Positions 34,780-47,100 of a DNA stretch of 64,000 nt are shown here, piece after piece. The notes below the pieces were generated by a model. The model made no database searches, was not told where the DNA came from, and saw only the letters and a program-made list of their open reading frames with translations. Where the stretch lies: assembly GCA_039593615.1 (NCBI GenBank), contig JBCNOY010000024.1:2382-66381 (forward strand), given 5' to 3'. A program made the position numbers and the translations under genes. The stretch's first letter is position 1. Each line of letters begins with the position of its first letter. The stretch is from Enterobacterales bacterium (GTDB taxonomy: Bacteria; Pseudomonadota; Gammaproteobacteria; Enterobacterales; Enterobacteriaceae).

Positions 34780-35780
34780 ATGGATGTGGAAGAAATTGTG
34801 GCCCTTAGTGTAAAGCATAACGTCTCCGATCTACACCTGTGCAGTGATTCGCCACCGCGCTGGCGCAGGCAGGGCGGGCTTGAGCCGGTACCGCTTCGCA
34901 CACCTTGCCTGACGCGCTGGCGGGCAGGCCTTGTTAGAAAGCGTGGCTCAACGATGAGCAGCAGGGCATATGGTGGGCCAGCGGGCAGGTGGATTTTGCC
35001 GCGACGGTGGCGGGAGGTCAGCGCCTGCGCGGCAGTGCCTGTTAAGCCAGCGTCGGCGGATGTCTCTGTGCGCTGCGGCTGATTGCCGCGTCAGCCTGTC
35101 CGTTAGCTCGCCTGCAGCTGCCGGCCGTGGTGCCCTCCCTGAACTGTTAACCAATGAGGCCGGGCTGATTCTGGTGACGGGGGCGACCGGCAGCGGTAAA
35201 TCCACGACGCTGGCGGCGATGGTCGATTTTCTCAACCGCCATGCACTGACGGCCATATCCTCACGCTCGAAGATCCGGTGGAATTTATCTACCAGAGCGA
35301 GCGTTGCCTGATCCAGCAGCGGGAGATTGGCCAGCACAGCCCGTCATTTGCCGACGCGCTGCGCAGCGCCTGCCAGGATCCGGACGTGATTCTGCTGGGG
35401 GAGCTGCGCGACAGCGAAACGATCCGCCTGGCGCTGACGGCGGCGGAGACCGGGCATCTGGTGCTGGCGACGCTGCATACGCGCGGGGCATCGCAGGCGA
35501 TGGAGCGGCTGGTCGATACGTTCCCGGCGCAGGAGAAAGATCCGGTGCGTAACCAGCTGGCCGGCAGCCTGCGGGCGGTGCTGGCGCAAAAGCTGCTTCC
35601 CGATCTTCAGGGCGGGCGCGTCGCGCTGTATGAACTGCTGGTGAATACCGCCGGCGGCGGCGAATCTAATTCGTGAAGGGAAAACGTGGCAACTGCCCGG
35701 CATCATTCAAACCGGTCAGCAGGCAGGCATGCAGAACTTTGAGGCCAGAGCGATCGTGGCCCGGCGTGAGACGGGATTGG
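34780..35780 (+). CDS. yggR: PilT-family ATPase YggR (heavily frameshifted; end approximate)
   Basis: [42 protein letters not shown]. Confidence 0.88.
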
Positions 35781-35851
35781 TTGCGCGAGGGGCGTGCCCT
35801 GTAGAACCGCCGACACGGCGGCGCGAAACCGCGCGGCCGCGTCCGGGCTGC

Positions 35852-36268
35852 TTAAAAGCCCTGCTCGAAATAGCTTTCGAGGATGATGACGGCAGAAGCG
35901 GAGTCGACGCTGCCTTTGTTCAGCGCCCGGAAGCCGCCGTGCTCAAACAGATCCGCGCGCGCTTCGACGGTGCTCAGACGCTCATCGTGCAGCTTCACGG
36001 AGACGCCAAAGCGGCCATGGATTTTGTTGGCGAACTTGCGCGCCCGGGCGGTCAGCGGCTGTTCGGTGCCGTCCATGTTCAGCGGCAGCCCAACAATCAC
36101 GTCATCCGGCTGCCACTCTTTGAGCAGGCGCTCAATGAGGTTCCAGTCCGGCGTGCCGTCGTTGGCCTTCAGGGCCGTAAGCGGGCGCGCGGTACCGGTG
36201 ATGCGCTGCCCCACGGCGACGCCGATGCTTTTGGTGCCAAAATCGAAGGCCAGAAGCGTTCCGCTCAT
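35852..36268 (-). CDS. yqgF: RNase H-like pre-16S rRNA nuclease YqgF (RuvX)
   Basis: [36 protein letters not shown]. Confidence 0.97.
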   Translation of the reverse strand: MSGTLLAFDFGTKSIGVAVGQRITGTARPLTALKANDGTPDWNLIERLLKEWQPDDVIVGLPLNMDGTEQPLTARARKFANKIHGRFGVSVKLHDERLSTVEARADLFEHGGFRALNKGSVDSASAVIILESYFEQGF

Positions 36269-36828
36269 CAGGCGTGCCCCGCTACGCCAGGCATGGTCAG
36301 AATATCAATACCAATCAGTTTCGCCGCGTCGCGCCAGCGATCGGCGATCGGCGTTTTAAACAGGATATTCATGTCCGCAGGCGCGGTGAGCCAGGCGTTA
36401 TCGAGGATCTCCTGCTCAAGCTGGCCTTTCTCCCACGACGAATAGCCCAGCGCCACCAGCACTTCAGAAGGCTGCTCTGCGGTGCCCAGCGTTTCGAGCA
36501 CGTCGCGCGAGGTGGTGATAACGGTGTTGTCGGAAATGCGAATGCTGGAAGAGAATACCGGCGGCGTATGCAGGATAAAACCGCGATCTTCTGCAAGAGG
36601 TCCACCCAGCATCACGGGTTTATCAAGCCGGATTTCCGGCAGTCGCGCTTCAGCCGGGATTTTCAGCTTGTCCAGAATCCCTTCAACCTGAAGATTTTCC
36701 AGCGGTTTATTAATGATAATACCCATCGCGCCGTCTTCATTGTATTCACAAATATAAACCACGGCGCGGCGAAAAATCGGGTCCTGGAGAGCAGGCATGG
36801 CAATAAGAAAGTGATGCTGTAAATTCAT
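36268..36828 (-). CDS. yqgE: YqgE/AlgH (UPF0301)
   Basis: [37 protein letters not shown]. Confidence 0.97.
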   Translation of the reverse strand: MNLQHHFLIAMPALQDPIFRRAVVYICEYNEDGAMGIIINKPLENLQVEGILDKLKIPAEARLPEIRLDKPVMLGGPLAEDRGFILHTPPVFSSSIRISDNTVITTSRDVLETLGTAEQPSEVLVALGYSSWEKGQLEQEILDNAWLTAPADMNILFKTPIADRWRDAAKLIGIDILTMPGVAGHA

Positions 36829-36942
36829 TGTCAGAGGTAGAGGCTGGTTTACGGCTGGAAAAATAGCCGGTGGCTGAAGGCGGCTGCACCGGCTATGGGT
36901 GACAACTCAGGGCGGCGCTGTCACTCCTGCGGTATTGTTAGG

Positions 36943-37895
36943 TTATTTTTGTAAACGTTTTTCGATAGCGTCCATCAGCATGCCGGTGATCGAGATCGGG
37001 AATTCCGCCTCAATTTCACGAATGCAGGTCGGGCTGGTGACGTTCACTTCGGTCAGGCGATCGCCGATGATATCCAGGCCGACGAAGATCAGCCCTTTGG
37101 CTTTCAGCGTCGGGCCAACGCGGCGGGCAATTTCCCAGTCGCTTTCGGTCAGCGGACGCGGCTTCGCCGCGGCCACCGGCCGCCAGGTTGCCACGGGTTT
37201 CGCCACCCTGCGGGATGCGCGCCAGGCAGTAAGGCACCGGTTCGCCATCCACCACCAGAACGCGTTTGTCGCCGTCTTTGATCGCCGGAAGATAGTTCTG
37301 CGCCATGCAGAATAACGTGACCGTGGTTCGGTCAGCGTTTCGGCAATCACGCCAATGTTCGGATCGCCTCCCTTCACGCGGAAAATCGACGCGCCGCCCA
37401 TGCCGTCCAGCGGCTTCATGATGATGTCGCCGTGCTTCTGCCAGAATTCCTTCAGCTGCGCTTTGCTGCGGGTCACCAGCGTTTCCGGCGTCAGGTCAGA
37501 GAACCAGGCGGTGTAGAGCTTCTCGTTGCAGTCGCGCAGGCTCTGCGGCTTGTTGACGATCAGCGTGCCTTTCTCTTCGGCACGCTCGAGAATATAGGTT
37601 GCAGTAGATGTACTCGGTGTCGAACGGCGGATCTTTACGCATCAGGATGACGTTGAGATCGGCCAGCGCAATAGTCCTGCTCGGTGCCGAACTCATACCA
37701 TTTGTCGTAGTTCTGCTCGACGTTAAGCATGCGGGTGCGGGCGCGGGCTTCACCGTTGATCAGGTAAAGATCGTTCATCTCCATATAGTGGAGTTCATAG
37801 CCGCGACGCTGCGCTTCCAGCAGCATGGCGAAGCTGGAATCTTTCTTGATGTTGATGTTTGCGATGGGGTCCATCACGATGCCGAGCTTGATCAT
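36943..37895 (-). CDS. gshB: Glutathione synthetase (frameshifted)
   Basis: [43 protein letters not shown]. Confidence 0.96.
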
Positions 37896-37915
37896 TCTTC
37901 TCTCCAATAATGCGT

Positions 37916-38647
37916 TCAACCCAGATCGCCAAACCGTACCTGTAGCGCGGTAATGGCCGTGAGTGCCGTTGTCTCAGTGCGCAGAACGCGTGGTCCCAAC
38001 AGAATATCAGTAAACTGGTAACGTGCCGTCATCGCAATTTCGTCCGCCGACAGGCCGCCTTCGGGGCCAATCAGCAGGCGAACGCGCTCAACGGGCAGCG
38101 GCAGCGTATTGATGCTGGCGCTGGCGCGCGGATGAAGATTGAGCTTCAGCCCGCTGTCCTCTTCTGCACACCAGTCCTCCAGGTCCATCGCCGGGCGGAT
38201 CTCCGGAATACGGTTGCGGCCGCACTGTTCGCAAGCCGCGATGGCAATTTTCTGCCACTGCTGGATCTTTTTGTTCAGACGTTCCGCATCCAGTTTAACG
38301 CCACAGCGCTCAGAAAAAAGTGGCGTAATGAGGCTTACACCCAGTTCAATGGATTTCTGGATCGTGAACTCCATTTTCTCGCCGCGCGACATCACCTGGC
38401 CCAGATGGATGTGCAGCGGTGATTCCCGGTCATCCACTTCACCGCGCAGGACGTTCACGTGTACGCTTTTTTTATCTGCCCGCGTAATTTCGGCGTCGAA
38501 AACCTGGTTCGAGCCGTCGAACAGCTGTATTGCCTGACCTGCGCCCATGCGCAGCACGCGGCCAACGTGGTTGGCGGCGTCATCAGACAGGGCGATTTCG
38601 CGGCCTGCGGTAATCAGTTCAGGATGGTAAATGCGGGGAATGCGCAT
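37916..38647 (-). CDS. rsmE: 16S rRNA m3U1498 methyltransferase
   Basis: [40 protein letters not shown]. Confidence 0.97.
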   Translation of the reverse strand: MRIPRIYHPELITAGREIALSDDAANHVGRVLRMGAGQAIQLFDGSNQVFDAEITRADKKSVHVNVLRGEVDDRESPLHIHLGQVMSRGEKMEFTIQKSIELGVSLITPLFSERCGVKLDAERLNKKIQQWQKIAIAACEQCGRNRIPEIRPAMDLEDWCAEEDSGLKLNLHPRASASINTLPLPVERVRLLIGPEGGLSADEIAMTARYQFTDILLGPRVLRTETTALTAITALQVRFGDLG

Positions 38648-38698
38648 AGTCAGAATTCCGTGTCTCATACGATGTAAGCGAATTGCCGCTAGTGTAGG

Positions 38699-39406
38699 TT
38701 AGCTCTTTTGCGCCTGGCAAGCCCGCTGGACGTAAGGGTTGTGATTCCCCTGGACTCTGGCGATACGTTCGTCGCGCTGGCATTCCCACTCCGTCACCGG
38801 GTACTGCTTGTCCCAGGCGTTGAACAGCTGCGTCTGCTGGCGGGAAAGGTTGAGATCGTAACGGTCACGCATATAGAAATAGGTGCGGGCAATGCTGCCG
38901 CGCGCGCGGGCAGGGGGCTCGGCGACTTTCTCTTTAAAATCAATCTTCATACCGCACTGGCCATACTGGCCTTCGCCACCGTTCCACTGGCTGTACATGA
39001 AGTTACCCCGGTCGCCGTTCACTTCGCCCACCGCGGGCTGCAGGTTATGCATGTCGCTTTCCATCTGGCGGTAAACCGGGTCTTTGGCGCAGTTTTTACG
39101 TCCGCCATCCTGCCAGCACTGGCGCTGGTGGCCAAACTGCCAGGCCGGAACGACATGTTCCCATTCAATACGGCTGGCGCGGTTTTCGTTTTTACGCACC
39201 TTGTAGCCGCAGGATTCAAGGTCAACGACCCCTTTTTTACCCTGCCAGTTAATTTTACAGCCGCAGTAGAAATCGCCCGGCACGTCGGCGTTGACCTTAA
39301 CACCGGCCGCTTTGGCCTGAGAGAAACTGGTGATACCGTCGGCCAGGGCGTGGCCTGAGAGCGCTGTCGTCAAAAAGGCGACCGCAAGAGAAAAATTACG
39401 GGACAT
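38699..39406 (-). CDS. endA: Periplasmic endonuclease I
   Basis: Signal peptide, [29 protein letters not shown]. Confidence 0.97.
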   Translation of the reverse strand: MSRNFSLAVAFLTTALSGHALADGITSFSQAKAAGVKVNADVPGDFYCGCKINWQGKKGVVDLESCGYKVRKNENRASRIEWEHVVPAWQFGHQRQCWQDGGRKNCAKDPVYRQMESDMHNLQPAVGEVNGDRGNFMYSQWNGGEGQYGQCGMKIDFKEKVAEPPARARGSIARTYFYMRDRYDLNLSRQQTQLFNAWDKQYPVTEWECQRDERIARVQGNHNPYVQRACQAQKS

Positions 39407-39500
39407 CTTACACTCCGTGTCAAAACGAGCCCGCAACGTAACGAATGTTGTTCCTGTATGCAATCAGTCAGATCAGGAAAGTTCCTGAAAGTTCAGATGA

Positions 39501-40001
39501 TTATTCCGCAACCAGCGGCTCGCCGCATTTGACGCAGCGGTAGGTCGCCTCGCCGCGCACCACGCGATTATGGCGGCGGACGGTAAGCTGGTGCTGCTGG
39601 CACCGACAGCGGTAGGGGAAGGTATTGCGGCGTACCGATTCCAGTTCGAACTGATGCGTGCGGCGGGCCGGAACGCCGAGCACCGCCTCCATCATCCACT
39701 TCCACTCTTTTCCGTGCGGCGCGACGCGGCCGAAGTGTTTCCACACCAGCAGATGCGCCAGCTCGTGCGGCACCACTTCATCGATAAACGCCTGCTGGTT
39801 TTCCATCATCAGCACCGGGTTAAGGCGGATTTCCTACTGCTCCAGCCAGGCGGTGCCGGCGGCGGTGCCACGCTGCTGATAGACGAGCTTTGGTTCGTCG
39901 AAAGTGGCGTTCGAGTTGTTTGCCTGGGCCAGCTGCAATTTTTCCCGCAGGCTGCGCATAACGGCCTGCTGAATGGCGATGGGGAGACGGGGTGCTTTCA
40001 T
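39501..40001 (-). CDS. sprT: SprT-family zinc metalloprotease (frameshifted)
   Basis: HELAH, HGKEW, YRCRC, YRCVKC. Confidence 0.93.
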
Positions 40002-40090
40002 AGGGGCAGAGCATAAAGCGCGCGGCGGGGACGCAACTGCAGGCGCACAGGCGGCAGATAAAAAGAGGCGCCTCCCTGCGGCAGCCCAGG

Positions 40091-41495
40091 TTAACGCGTC
40101 GTGGTGCGGCCGATTTCGCGCAGAGGACGACCTTTCATCAGGTTACGTTCAATATGTTCCAGCGACACGTGTTTGGTTTCTGGAACCAGCCAGATGGTCA
40201 GCACAATAAAGAAGATGTTCAGACCGGCGTAGACCCAGAAGGTGTTCGCATTGCCCAGGGTGTTGAGCATGGTCAGGAACGTTGCGCCGACGATCATGTT
40301 GGCAATCCAGTTGGTTGCGGTAGAGCAGGTGATACCAAAATCACGCCCTTTCAGCGGCTGGATTTCAGAGCACAGCACCCAGATCAGCGGACCGGCGCTC
40401 ATCGCAAACCCGACGATAAACATCAGCAGCATGCCGACCGCAAAGTACTGGGCGGTTGGGGAGTGAATGCCCACATGCATCATGGTACCGAGGACGCCCA
40501 TACCGGCCGCCATCACCAGGAAGCCCAGCGTCAGGGTTGGCTTACGTCCCCAGCGGTCCACCAGACCGATGGCGATAAAGGTCGCCAGCACGTTGGTCAG
40601 ACCCACGATGACGGTCCCCCACATCTGCTCGGTGGTGTTGGTATAACCCGCCAGCTCAAAGATTTTCGGCGCGTAGTACATGATGACGTTCATCCCGGTG
40701 AACTGCTGCATCACCTGCAGCAGCACGCCGAGGAACACCGCGCGGCGGAAGTTGCTGTTCTCTTTAAACAGCGCCCAGCCGGACTGTTTGACCTTCAGGC
40801 TTTCGCGGATCTCTTCCAGCTCGTTTTTCGCTTCCGCGCTGGTATCGCGCAGGCGCATCAGCACGCGTTCGGCATCGTGGAAGCGGACGTTTTGCGGCAA
40901 ACCAGCGCGGGCTGTCCGGCAGGAAGAAGACGCCAATCAGCAGCAGAACCGCCGGAATGATGATCACGCCGAGCATCCAGCGCCATGCGCCGCTGTAGCT
41001 AAACGCCGTATCGGAAAGGTACGCGCCCAGAATACCGATGGTGATCATCAGCTGATACATCGAAATCATACTGCCGCGGATTTTCTCCGGCGCGATTTCA
41101 GACAGGTAAAGCGGGGCGGTATAGGACGCCACGCCCACGGCCAGACCGAGCAGCACGCGGGAAACCAGCAGGACCTCAACGTTAGGCGCTGCGGCAGAGA
41201 AGAGTGAGCCGGCAACGAACAGGATCGCGCCGATCATCAGGCTCTTTTTACGTCCGAGCTTGAAGGAGAGCCAGCCGCTGCCGACGGCCCCGACGGCAGC
41301 GCCAAACATCATGGAGCTGACCACCCACTCCTGGGTGTGTGCGCTAATCTGGAACTCTTCAGTGATGAAAGGTAATGCACCGGCAATCACGCCGATATCC
41401 AGGCCAAAAAGTAATCCTGCCAGGGCGGCGAGGAAACAGACGAAGAATGTCATCGCCTTGTTGGACGTACGCCCCTGTTTTTTATTGTCAGGCAT
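40091..41495 (-). CDS. galP: Galactose:H+ symporter (frameshift near 40890)
   Basis: [38 protein letters not shown]. Confidence 0.96.
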
Positions 41496-41560
41496 TATGC
41501 CCTCCAGTTGGGTTATCAGTTTTATTGATGTTAAGGGTAGGTGAGCGACCCGTAAAAATA

Positions 41561-41595
41561 TGTGAGATTAATCACATTGGTGTAATCGGTTACAC
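41561..41595. promoter_or_regulatory. CRP site and GalR/GalS operator upstream of galP
   Basis: TGTGA-gattaa-TCACA (41561-41576) and GTGTAATCGGTTACAC (41580-41595), matching GTGNAANCGNTTNCAC. Confidence 0.88.
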
Positions 41596-41959
41596 TCGGT
41601 GAAACCTGTAACCGGGTAGATAGAAGTCGAATAAATATGGCTATAGACGACGCTGAAAATAACGCAATCAGACTGCTGAAAAATCTCTAAATTGAAGATA
41701 TTAAAAGGATTTCAAAATGTAGATCGGTAACACTGTGTTGTAAGCGCAGTGCGAGGACAGTGTAGACAGAGCTGAAGAAATGCGCCGGGGTGGAATAGCA
41801 GAAGAAAGGCGATGGTGCAAAGGCGCGGGAGGCGGAGGACGGGCCCAGGACAATATTCTCGAAAGCGGAACGAAAGGGCTCGGTGACGGTCCGAAAGGTC
41901 GCCCGGACGACTCCTGATCCGGTGCGGGTGCCTTTCCCTAAAAATTTGCACGCAATCCA

Positions 41960-42027
41960 GGTGCGCATAAATGCGCACCCTACAAAAACGTAACCCGCTC
42001 AGATGTCGGGTCTCCATCATGGCGACC
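41960..42027. repeat. Second composite REP element, partly degraded
   Basis: 41960-41983 is identical to 28050-28073; gtcgggtctccatcatggcgacc (42005-42027) is a decayed copy of 28105-28128. Confidence 0.7.
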
Positions 42028-42373
42028 GAAATAGCCGACTACAACACAACACACACCAAAAACCGAGAACAGCAAAGCCACAAAGCACCGGGCCAAAGGG
42101 GGAGGCCACCCCGAAAAGGCGAGCAAGGCCCAGAAAGCACGAGAGGGGAAAAAAAGAGAGACAGCACCGAACCAGCAGCAACACGATAAAACCATATCGG
42201 GTGAATAACGGGGAAAAATCACCGAAAAGGACTTTTCTGCGAAAGCGATGAGGATTACATTTGTTTTGAAGAAATAAAAAGCGAAAAGAGCGTAAAAGAC
42301 TACGGGCAAGGTGAGGAAAACCAAAAACAGCGGTGAACCAAAGTATGCACAGCGCAAAAAAAAAGTGCTGTAT

Positions 42374-42396
42374 AAAAAAGCCCGCTTCCGCGGGCT
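42374..42396 (-). terminator. Intrinsic terminator after metK
   Basis: Minus strand agcccgc-ggaa-gcgggct plus ttttt. Confidence 0.8.
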
Positions 42397-42457
42397 CGAT
42401 TTACCTTCTCCGCTAAGAGAAGCTCGGGGTGAGGGCCGTTGCCCGCACCCGCGTTGA

Positions 42458-43616
42458 TTACAGGCCGGCAGCTTCACGCAGCAGAGCGGCTTTGTCGGTT
42501 TTTTCCCATGGGAAATGTTCACGACCAAAGTGACCGTATGCAGCGGTTTCTTTGTAGATTGGGTGCAGCAGATCCAGCATCTGAATCAGGCCGTATGGAC
42601 GCAGGTCGAAGAACTCGCGCACCAGCAGCGTCAGCTGTTCGGTTGAAGGCACTTTCTCGGTACCGAAGGTTTCCACCATGATGGAGGTCGGTTCAGCCAC
42701 GCCGATAGCGTAGGAAACCTGGATCTCGCAGCGGTCGGCCAGGCCGGCGGCAACGATGTTTTTCGCCACGTAGCGGGCCGCGTACGCCGCGGAACGGTCA
42801 ACTTTGGACGGATCTTTGCCGGAGAACGCGCCGCCACCGTGACGGGCCATGCCGCCGTAGGTATCAACGATGATTTTACGACCGGTCAGGCCGCAGTCGC
42901 CCATCGGGCCGCCGATAACGAAGCGTCCGGTTGGGTTGATGTGGAATTTGGTGCTGGCGTTGCAGCCATTCGGTCGGCAGAACCGGCTTGATGATCTCTT
43001 CCATCACCGCTTCCTGCAGGGTCGATCTGTGATCGATCTCTTCGGAATGCTGGGTGGACAGCACCACCGCATCGATACCGACGATTTTGCCGTCGTCGTA
43101 CTGGAAGGTGACCTGGCTTTTCGCATCCGGGCGCAGCCACGGCAGGGTGCCGTTTTTACGCACTTCAGCCTGACGCTGCACCAGACGGTGCGCGTAGGTG
43201 ACCGGCGCCGGCATCAGCACGTCGGTTTCGTTGGTGGCGTAGCCGAACATCAGGCCCTGGTCGCCCGCGCCCTGTTCCAGCGGATCGGCACGGTCAACGC
43301 CCTGGTTGATGTCCGGAGACTGTTTGCCAATCGCGCTCAGTACCGCGCAGGAGTTGGCATCAAAGCCCATATCGGAATGCACATAGCCGATCTCACGCAC
43401 GGTGTTACGGGTGATCTCTTCGATATCGACCCAGGCGCTGGTGGTGATCTCACCGCCAACCAGAACCATGCCGGTTTTGACATAGGTTTCGCAGGCGACG
43501 CGCGCTTTTGGATCCTGCGCGAGGATCGCATCCAGCACCGCATCGGAAATTTGGTCAGCAATTTTATCAGGATGTCCTTCTGATACGGACTCGGACGTAA
43601 ACAGGTGTTTTGCCAT
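42458..43616 (-). CDS. metK: S-adenosylmethionine synthetase (frameshift near 42960)
   Basis: [55 protein letters not shown]. Confidence 0.98.
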
Positions 43617-43744
43617 TCTGTTCTTTACCTTGCAAATGGTTTGAATTCGACTGCATAGCGTAAGCGGGATGATGCCAGCTCGACGCCCCTTCAGGCAAAG
43701 CCGCAAGCAGTAGGAAGTGTCAGCGTACCAGGCTCACACCGCCT

Positions 43745-43784
43745 GGATGTTAATCAGTTTAGATGGAAAACCATCTGGACGGCT
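43745..43784. promoter_or_regulatory. Tandem MetJ (Met) boxes upstream of metK
   Basis: agatggaa-aaccatct-ggacggct and nearby ggatgtta resemble AGACGTCT. Confidence 0.7.
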
Positions 43785-43897
43785 ATTTTAGGTCACTCAG
43801 TGCGCGTTTTTCCAGTGCTTTTTCGCCATCCGCATTTATCGCTACAGATCAACTGGAATATTTTCCTGACACCCGCCGCAGCGCGCCGACAAAGATT

Positions 43898-43926
43898 TTG
43901 CATTTTGCCGCGTCAGACTGTATAAA
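43898..43926 (+). promoter_or_regulatory. Candidate sigma70 promoter of the speA leader
   Basis: TTGCAT-N17-TATAAA. Confidence 0.65.
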
Positions 43927-44045
43927 ACGCCGCAGTTGTCCCATGGATGACGCCCCCGTGCGTCGCGCTGTCAGAGGCTGTTGATCTGATTTTCATCCAC
44001 TCCGTTTCCGCATGCTGTTAGCAGGCGCTGGAGGTGATAAAAACA

Positions 44046-44183
44046 ATGAACCACATTTTCGCTCTCTTCGGTTCACGGCGCCGTTCTGGCGCGCTGGCAC
44101 GCCTTTCCATTTCCAGTTCTGCTCTTTTCTCTCGTCGAAGTTTTCTGCGCTGCGGTAATTATCCCGACACGAGCGCCGGCTAA
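44046..44183 (+). CDS. Putative 45-aa Arg-rich leader peptide MNHIFALFGSRRRSGALARLSISSSALFSRRSFLRCGNYPDTSAG upstream of speA
   Basis: GGAGGTGA (44030-44037) 8 nt before ATG; manual translation; below the ORF-track size cutoff. Confidence 0.55.
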   Translation: MNHIFALFGSRRRSGALARLSISSSALFSRRSFLRCGNYPDTSAG

Positions 44184-44411
44184 GCTATTCCCCCAGTTTC
44201 TCTGCTGTGTTTCACTCGCCTGTGGTGAGGTGATGCGGGACGATTTTGCCCCGGTGTTCACCGCTTCCGGCACGGTGTTTTACACTTAACCTCAGTAAGG
44301 CGCACGGTAACCTGCTGAGGCAAGATAAGCAGAATGAGGAAATTTCCATCCGGCGCAGTAGCAGCAAATCCGGCAACTTTTTCATATTTCAACGGAAAAT
44401 TGAGGTTCGCT

Positions 44412-46395
44412 ATGTCTGACGACATGTCTTCTTTTTCGCCTTCGTCAGCGGGCGAACAGGGTGTACTACGTTCTATGCAGGAGGTTGCGATGAGCTCCGA
44501 GGAAGCCAGCAAGATGCTGCGCACTTACAACATTGCCTGGTGGGGCAACAACTACTACGACGTCAACGAACTGGGCCACATCAGCGTCTGCCCGGATCCG
44601 GACGTCCCGGAGGCGCGCGTGGATCTGGCCAAACTGGTGAAAGCGCGCGAGGCAGAGGGCCAGCGTTTGCCTGCACTGTTCTGCTTCCCGCAGATCCTGC
44701 AACATCGCCTGCGTTCGATTAACGCCGCGTTCAAACGCGCGCGTGAATCCTACGGCTATAAGGGCGACTACTTCCTGGTTTACCCGATCAAGGTGAACCA
44801 GCATCGCCGCGTGATTGAATCGCTGATCCACTCCGGCGAGCCGCTGGGGCTGGAAGCCGGTTCCAAAGCGGAGCTGATGGCGGTTCTGGCGCATGCCGGC
44901 ATGACCCGTTCGGTGATCGTCTGTAACGGCTATAAAGACCGTGAATACATTCGTCTGGCGCTGATTGGCGAAAAGATGGGCCACAAGGTCTATCTGGTGA
45001 TCGAGAAGATGACCGAAATCGCCATCGTGCTGGAAGAAGCCGAGCGGCTGAACGTGGTGCCACGCCTTGGCGTGCGTGCGCGTCTGGCGTCGCAGGGTTC
45101 CGGCAAATGGCAGTCCTGCGGCGGCGAGAAATCCAAGTTTGGCCTGGCGGCAACGCAGGTGCTGCAGCTGGTGGAGATCCTGCGCGGAGCGCGGTCGTCT
45201 CGACAGCCTTCAGCTGCTGCACTTCCACCTCGGCTCGCAGATGGCCAACATTCGCGATATCGCCACCGGCGTGCGTGAATCGGCGCGTTTCTACGTTGAG
45301 CTGCACAAGCTGGGCGTCAATATTCAGTGCTTCGACGTGGGCGGCGGCCTGGGCGTGGACTACGAAGGCACCCGCTCGCAGTCCGACTGCTCGGTGAACT
45401 ACGGCCTGAACGAATACGCCAACAACATGATCTGGGCGATCGGCGATGCCTGTGAAGAGCACGGCCTGCCGCACCCGACGGTGATCACCGAATCCGGCCG
45501 CGCGGTGACCGCGCACCATACGGTGCTGGTCTCCAACATCATCGGCGTTGAGCGCAACGAATTCAGCGTACGCCGGTCGCACCGGAAGCCGACGCGCCGC
45601 GCCCGCTGCAGAGCATGTGGGAAACCTGGCAGGAGATGCACGAGCCGGGCGCACGCCGTTCGCTGCGCGAATGGCTGCACGACAGCCAGATGGACCTGCA
45701 CGACATTCATATCGGCTATTCTTCAGGCACCTTCAGCCTGCAGGAGCGCGCCTGGGCCGAGCAGCTCTATCTGAACATGTGCCACGAAGTGCAGAAGCAG
45801 CTCGACCCGAGCAACCGCGCGCACCGTCCGATTATCGACGAGCTGCAGGAGCGCATGGCGGACAAGATTTACGTCAACTTCTCGCTGTTCCAGTCGATGC
45901 CGGATGCCTGGGGTATCGATCAGCTGTTCCCGGTGCTGCCGCTGGAAGGGCTGAACCACGCGCCGGAACGTCGCGCGGTGCTGCTGGACATCACCTGTGA
46001 CTCCGACGGCGCCATCGACCACTACGTTGACGGCGACGGTATCGCGACGACCATGCCAATGCCGGAGTACGATCCGGAGAACCCGCCGATGCTGGGCTTC
46101 TTCATGGTCGGCGCGTATCAGGAGATCCTCGGCAACATGCACAACCTGTTCGGCGATACCGAAGCGGTTGACGTGTTTGTCTTCCCGGACGGCAGCGTGG
46201 AAGTTGAGCTGTCTGACGAAGGGGATACCGTGGCGGACATGCTGGAGTACGTGCAGCTCGATCCGAAAGCCCTGCTGACGCAATTCCGCGATCAGGTAAA
46301 ACAGCAGCGGGATCTGGACGAAGCGCTGCAGCCGCAGTTCCTGGAAGAGTTTGAGAGCGGGTCTGTACGGCTACACCTATCTGGAAGACGAGTAA
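44412..46395 (+). CDS. speA: Biosynthetic arginine decarboxylase (frameshifted)
   Basis: YPIKVNQ (PLP Lys), [50 protein letters not shown]; ends YLEDE*. Confidence 0.97.
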
Positions 46396-46874
46396 GTGTA
46401 TTTCCCGCAACGGGCTCCGGCTGGAGCCCGTTATTATCACCTTCCCTGACAATCCTTCCTGCCATTTATTCAATTCGTGATCGCTATCACTCTGAAATTA
46501 TCCCGGCCGAAACAGCAAATTCAAACCGTTTATTAACAAAAGCTATCTGCTTAATTCAGCAGCGAAAGCGAATCGGCAGCGAAAAAAACGTTTTTTAAAT
46601 CTGTGGCTTAGTGTTGCACCTGCCCGCAAATGACCAATATTTCTTTTATGAGTTTCTGGCTATCTATAATAAAAATTTAAGCATAAGGCGATGGGTGAGC
46701 GATGTGCAGACTGTCGGTTTTTTGACGCTTTCTGGAATCCCGCTTTAAGCAGCGCATTATCTCATCTTAAGGACAAAGCCAGAATCTATACCAATGCTGT
46801 GTAATTTATTGCTTATTAATCAATTTGTTATTGCTTTTATTTTTTGTCAAGGCCGATAATCAAAAATAAAAAAC

Positions 46875-46888
46875 TAGGAATTATCTGA
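46875..46888. promoter_or_regulatory. Candidate RcsAB/RcsB-type box in the AT-rich region upstream of the EAL gene
   Basis: TAGGAATTATCTGA matches TAGGAATATTCTTA (reverse of the RcsAB consensus) at 11/14 positions. Confidence 0.45.
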
Positions 46889-47100
46889 TCTTTATGTGAA
46901 ACATGCAGTGATAATGAAGCTTTATTGATTGGTTTAAACGATTAAAGTTCACGCTGTTGTTCACTGAAATCTATTTTTCAAAATGTAAGTTGTAAGTTAA
47001 CCTTCAGTTAAGGTGTTAAGTTTTATCGATGTTTCCCTTACGAATCACATGAGAAAAGCTGACGGTTTAACGCGCTATCAGCCAGTGTAAGGATCGTAAA

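Noticed and set aside
44233-44420. Further small ORFs in the speA leader (MRDDFAPVFTASGTVFYT; a frame containing CFTLN reminiscent of YqgB)
   Set aside because: Poor SD spacing or only a TTG start; cannot be supported without an alignment
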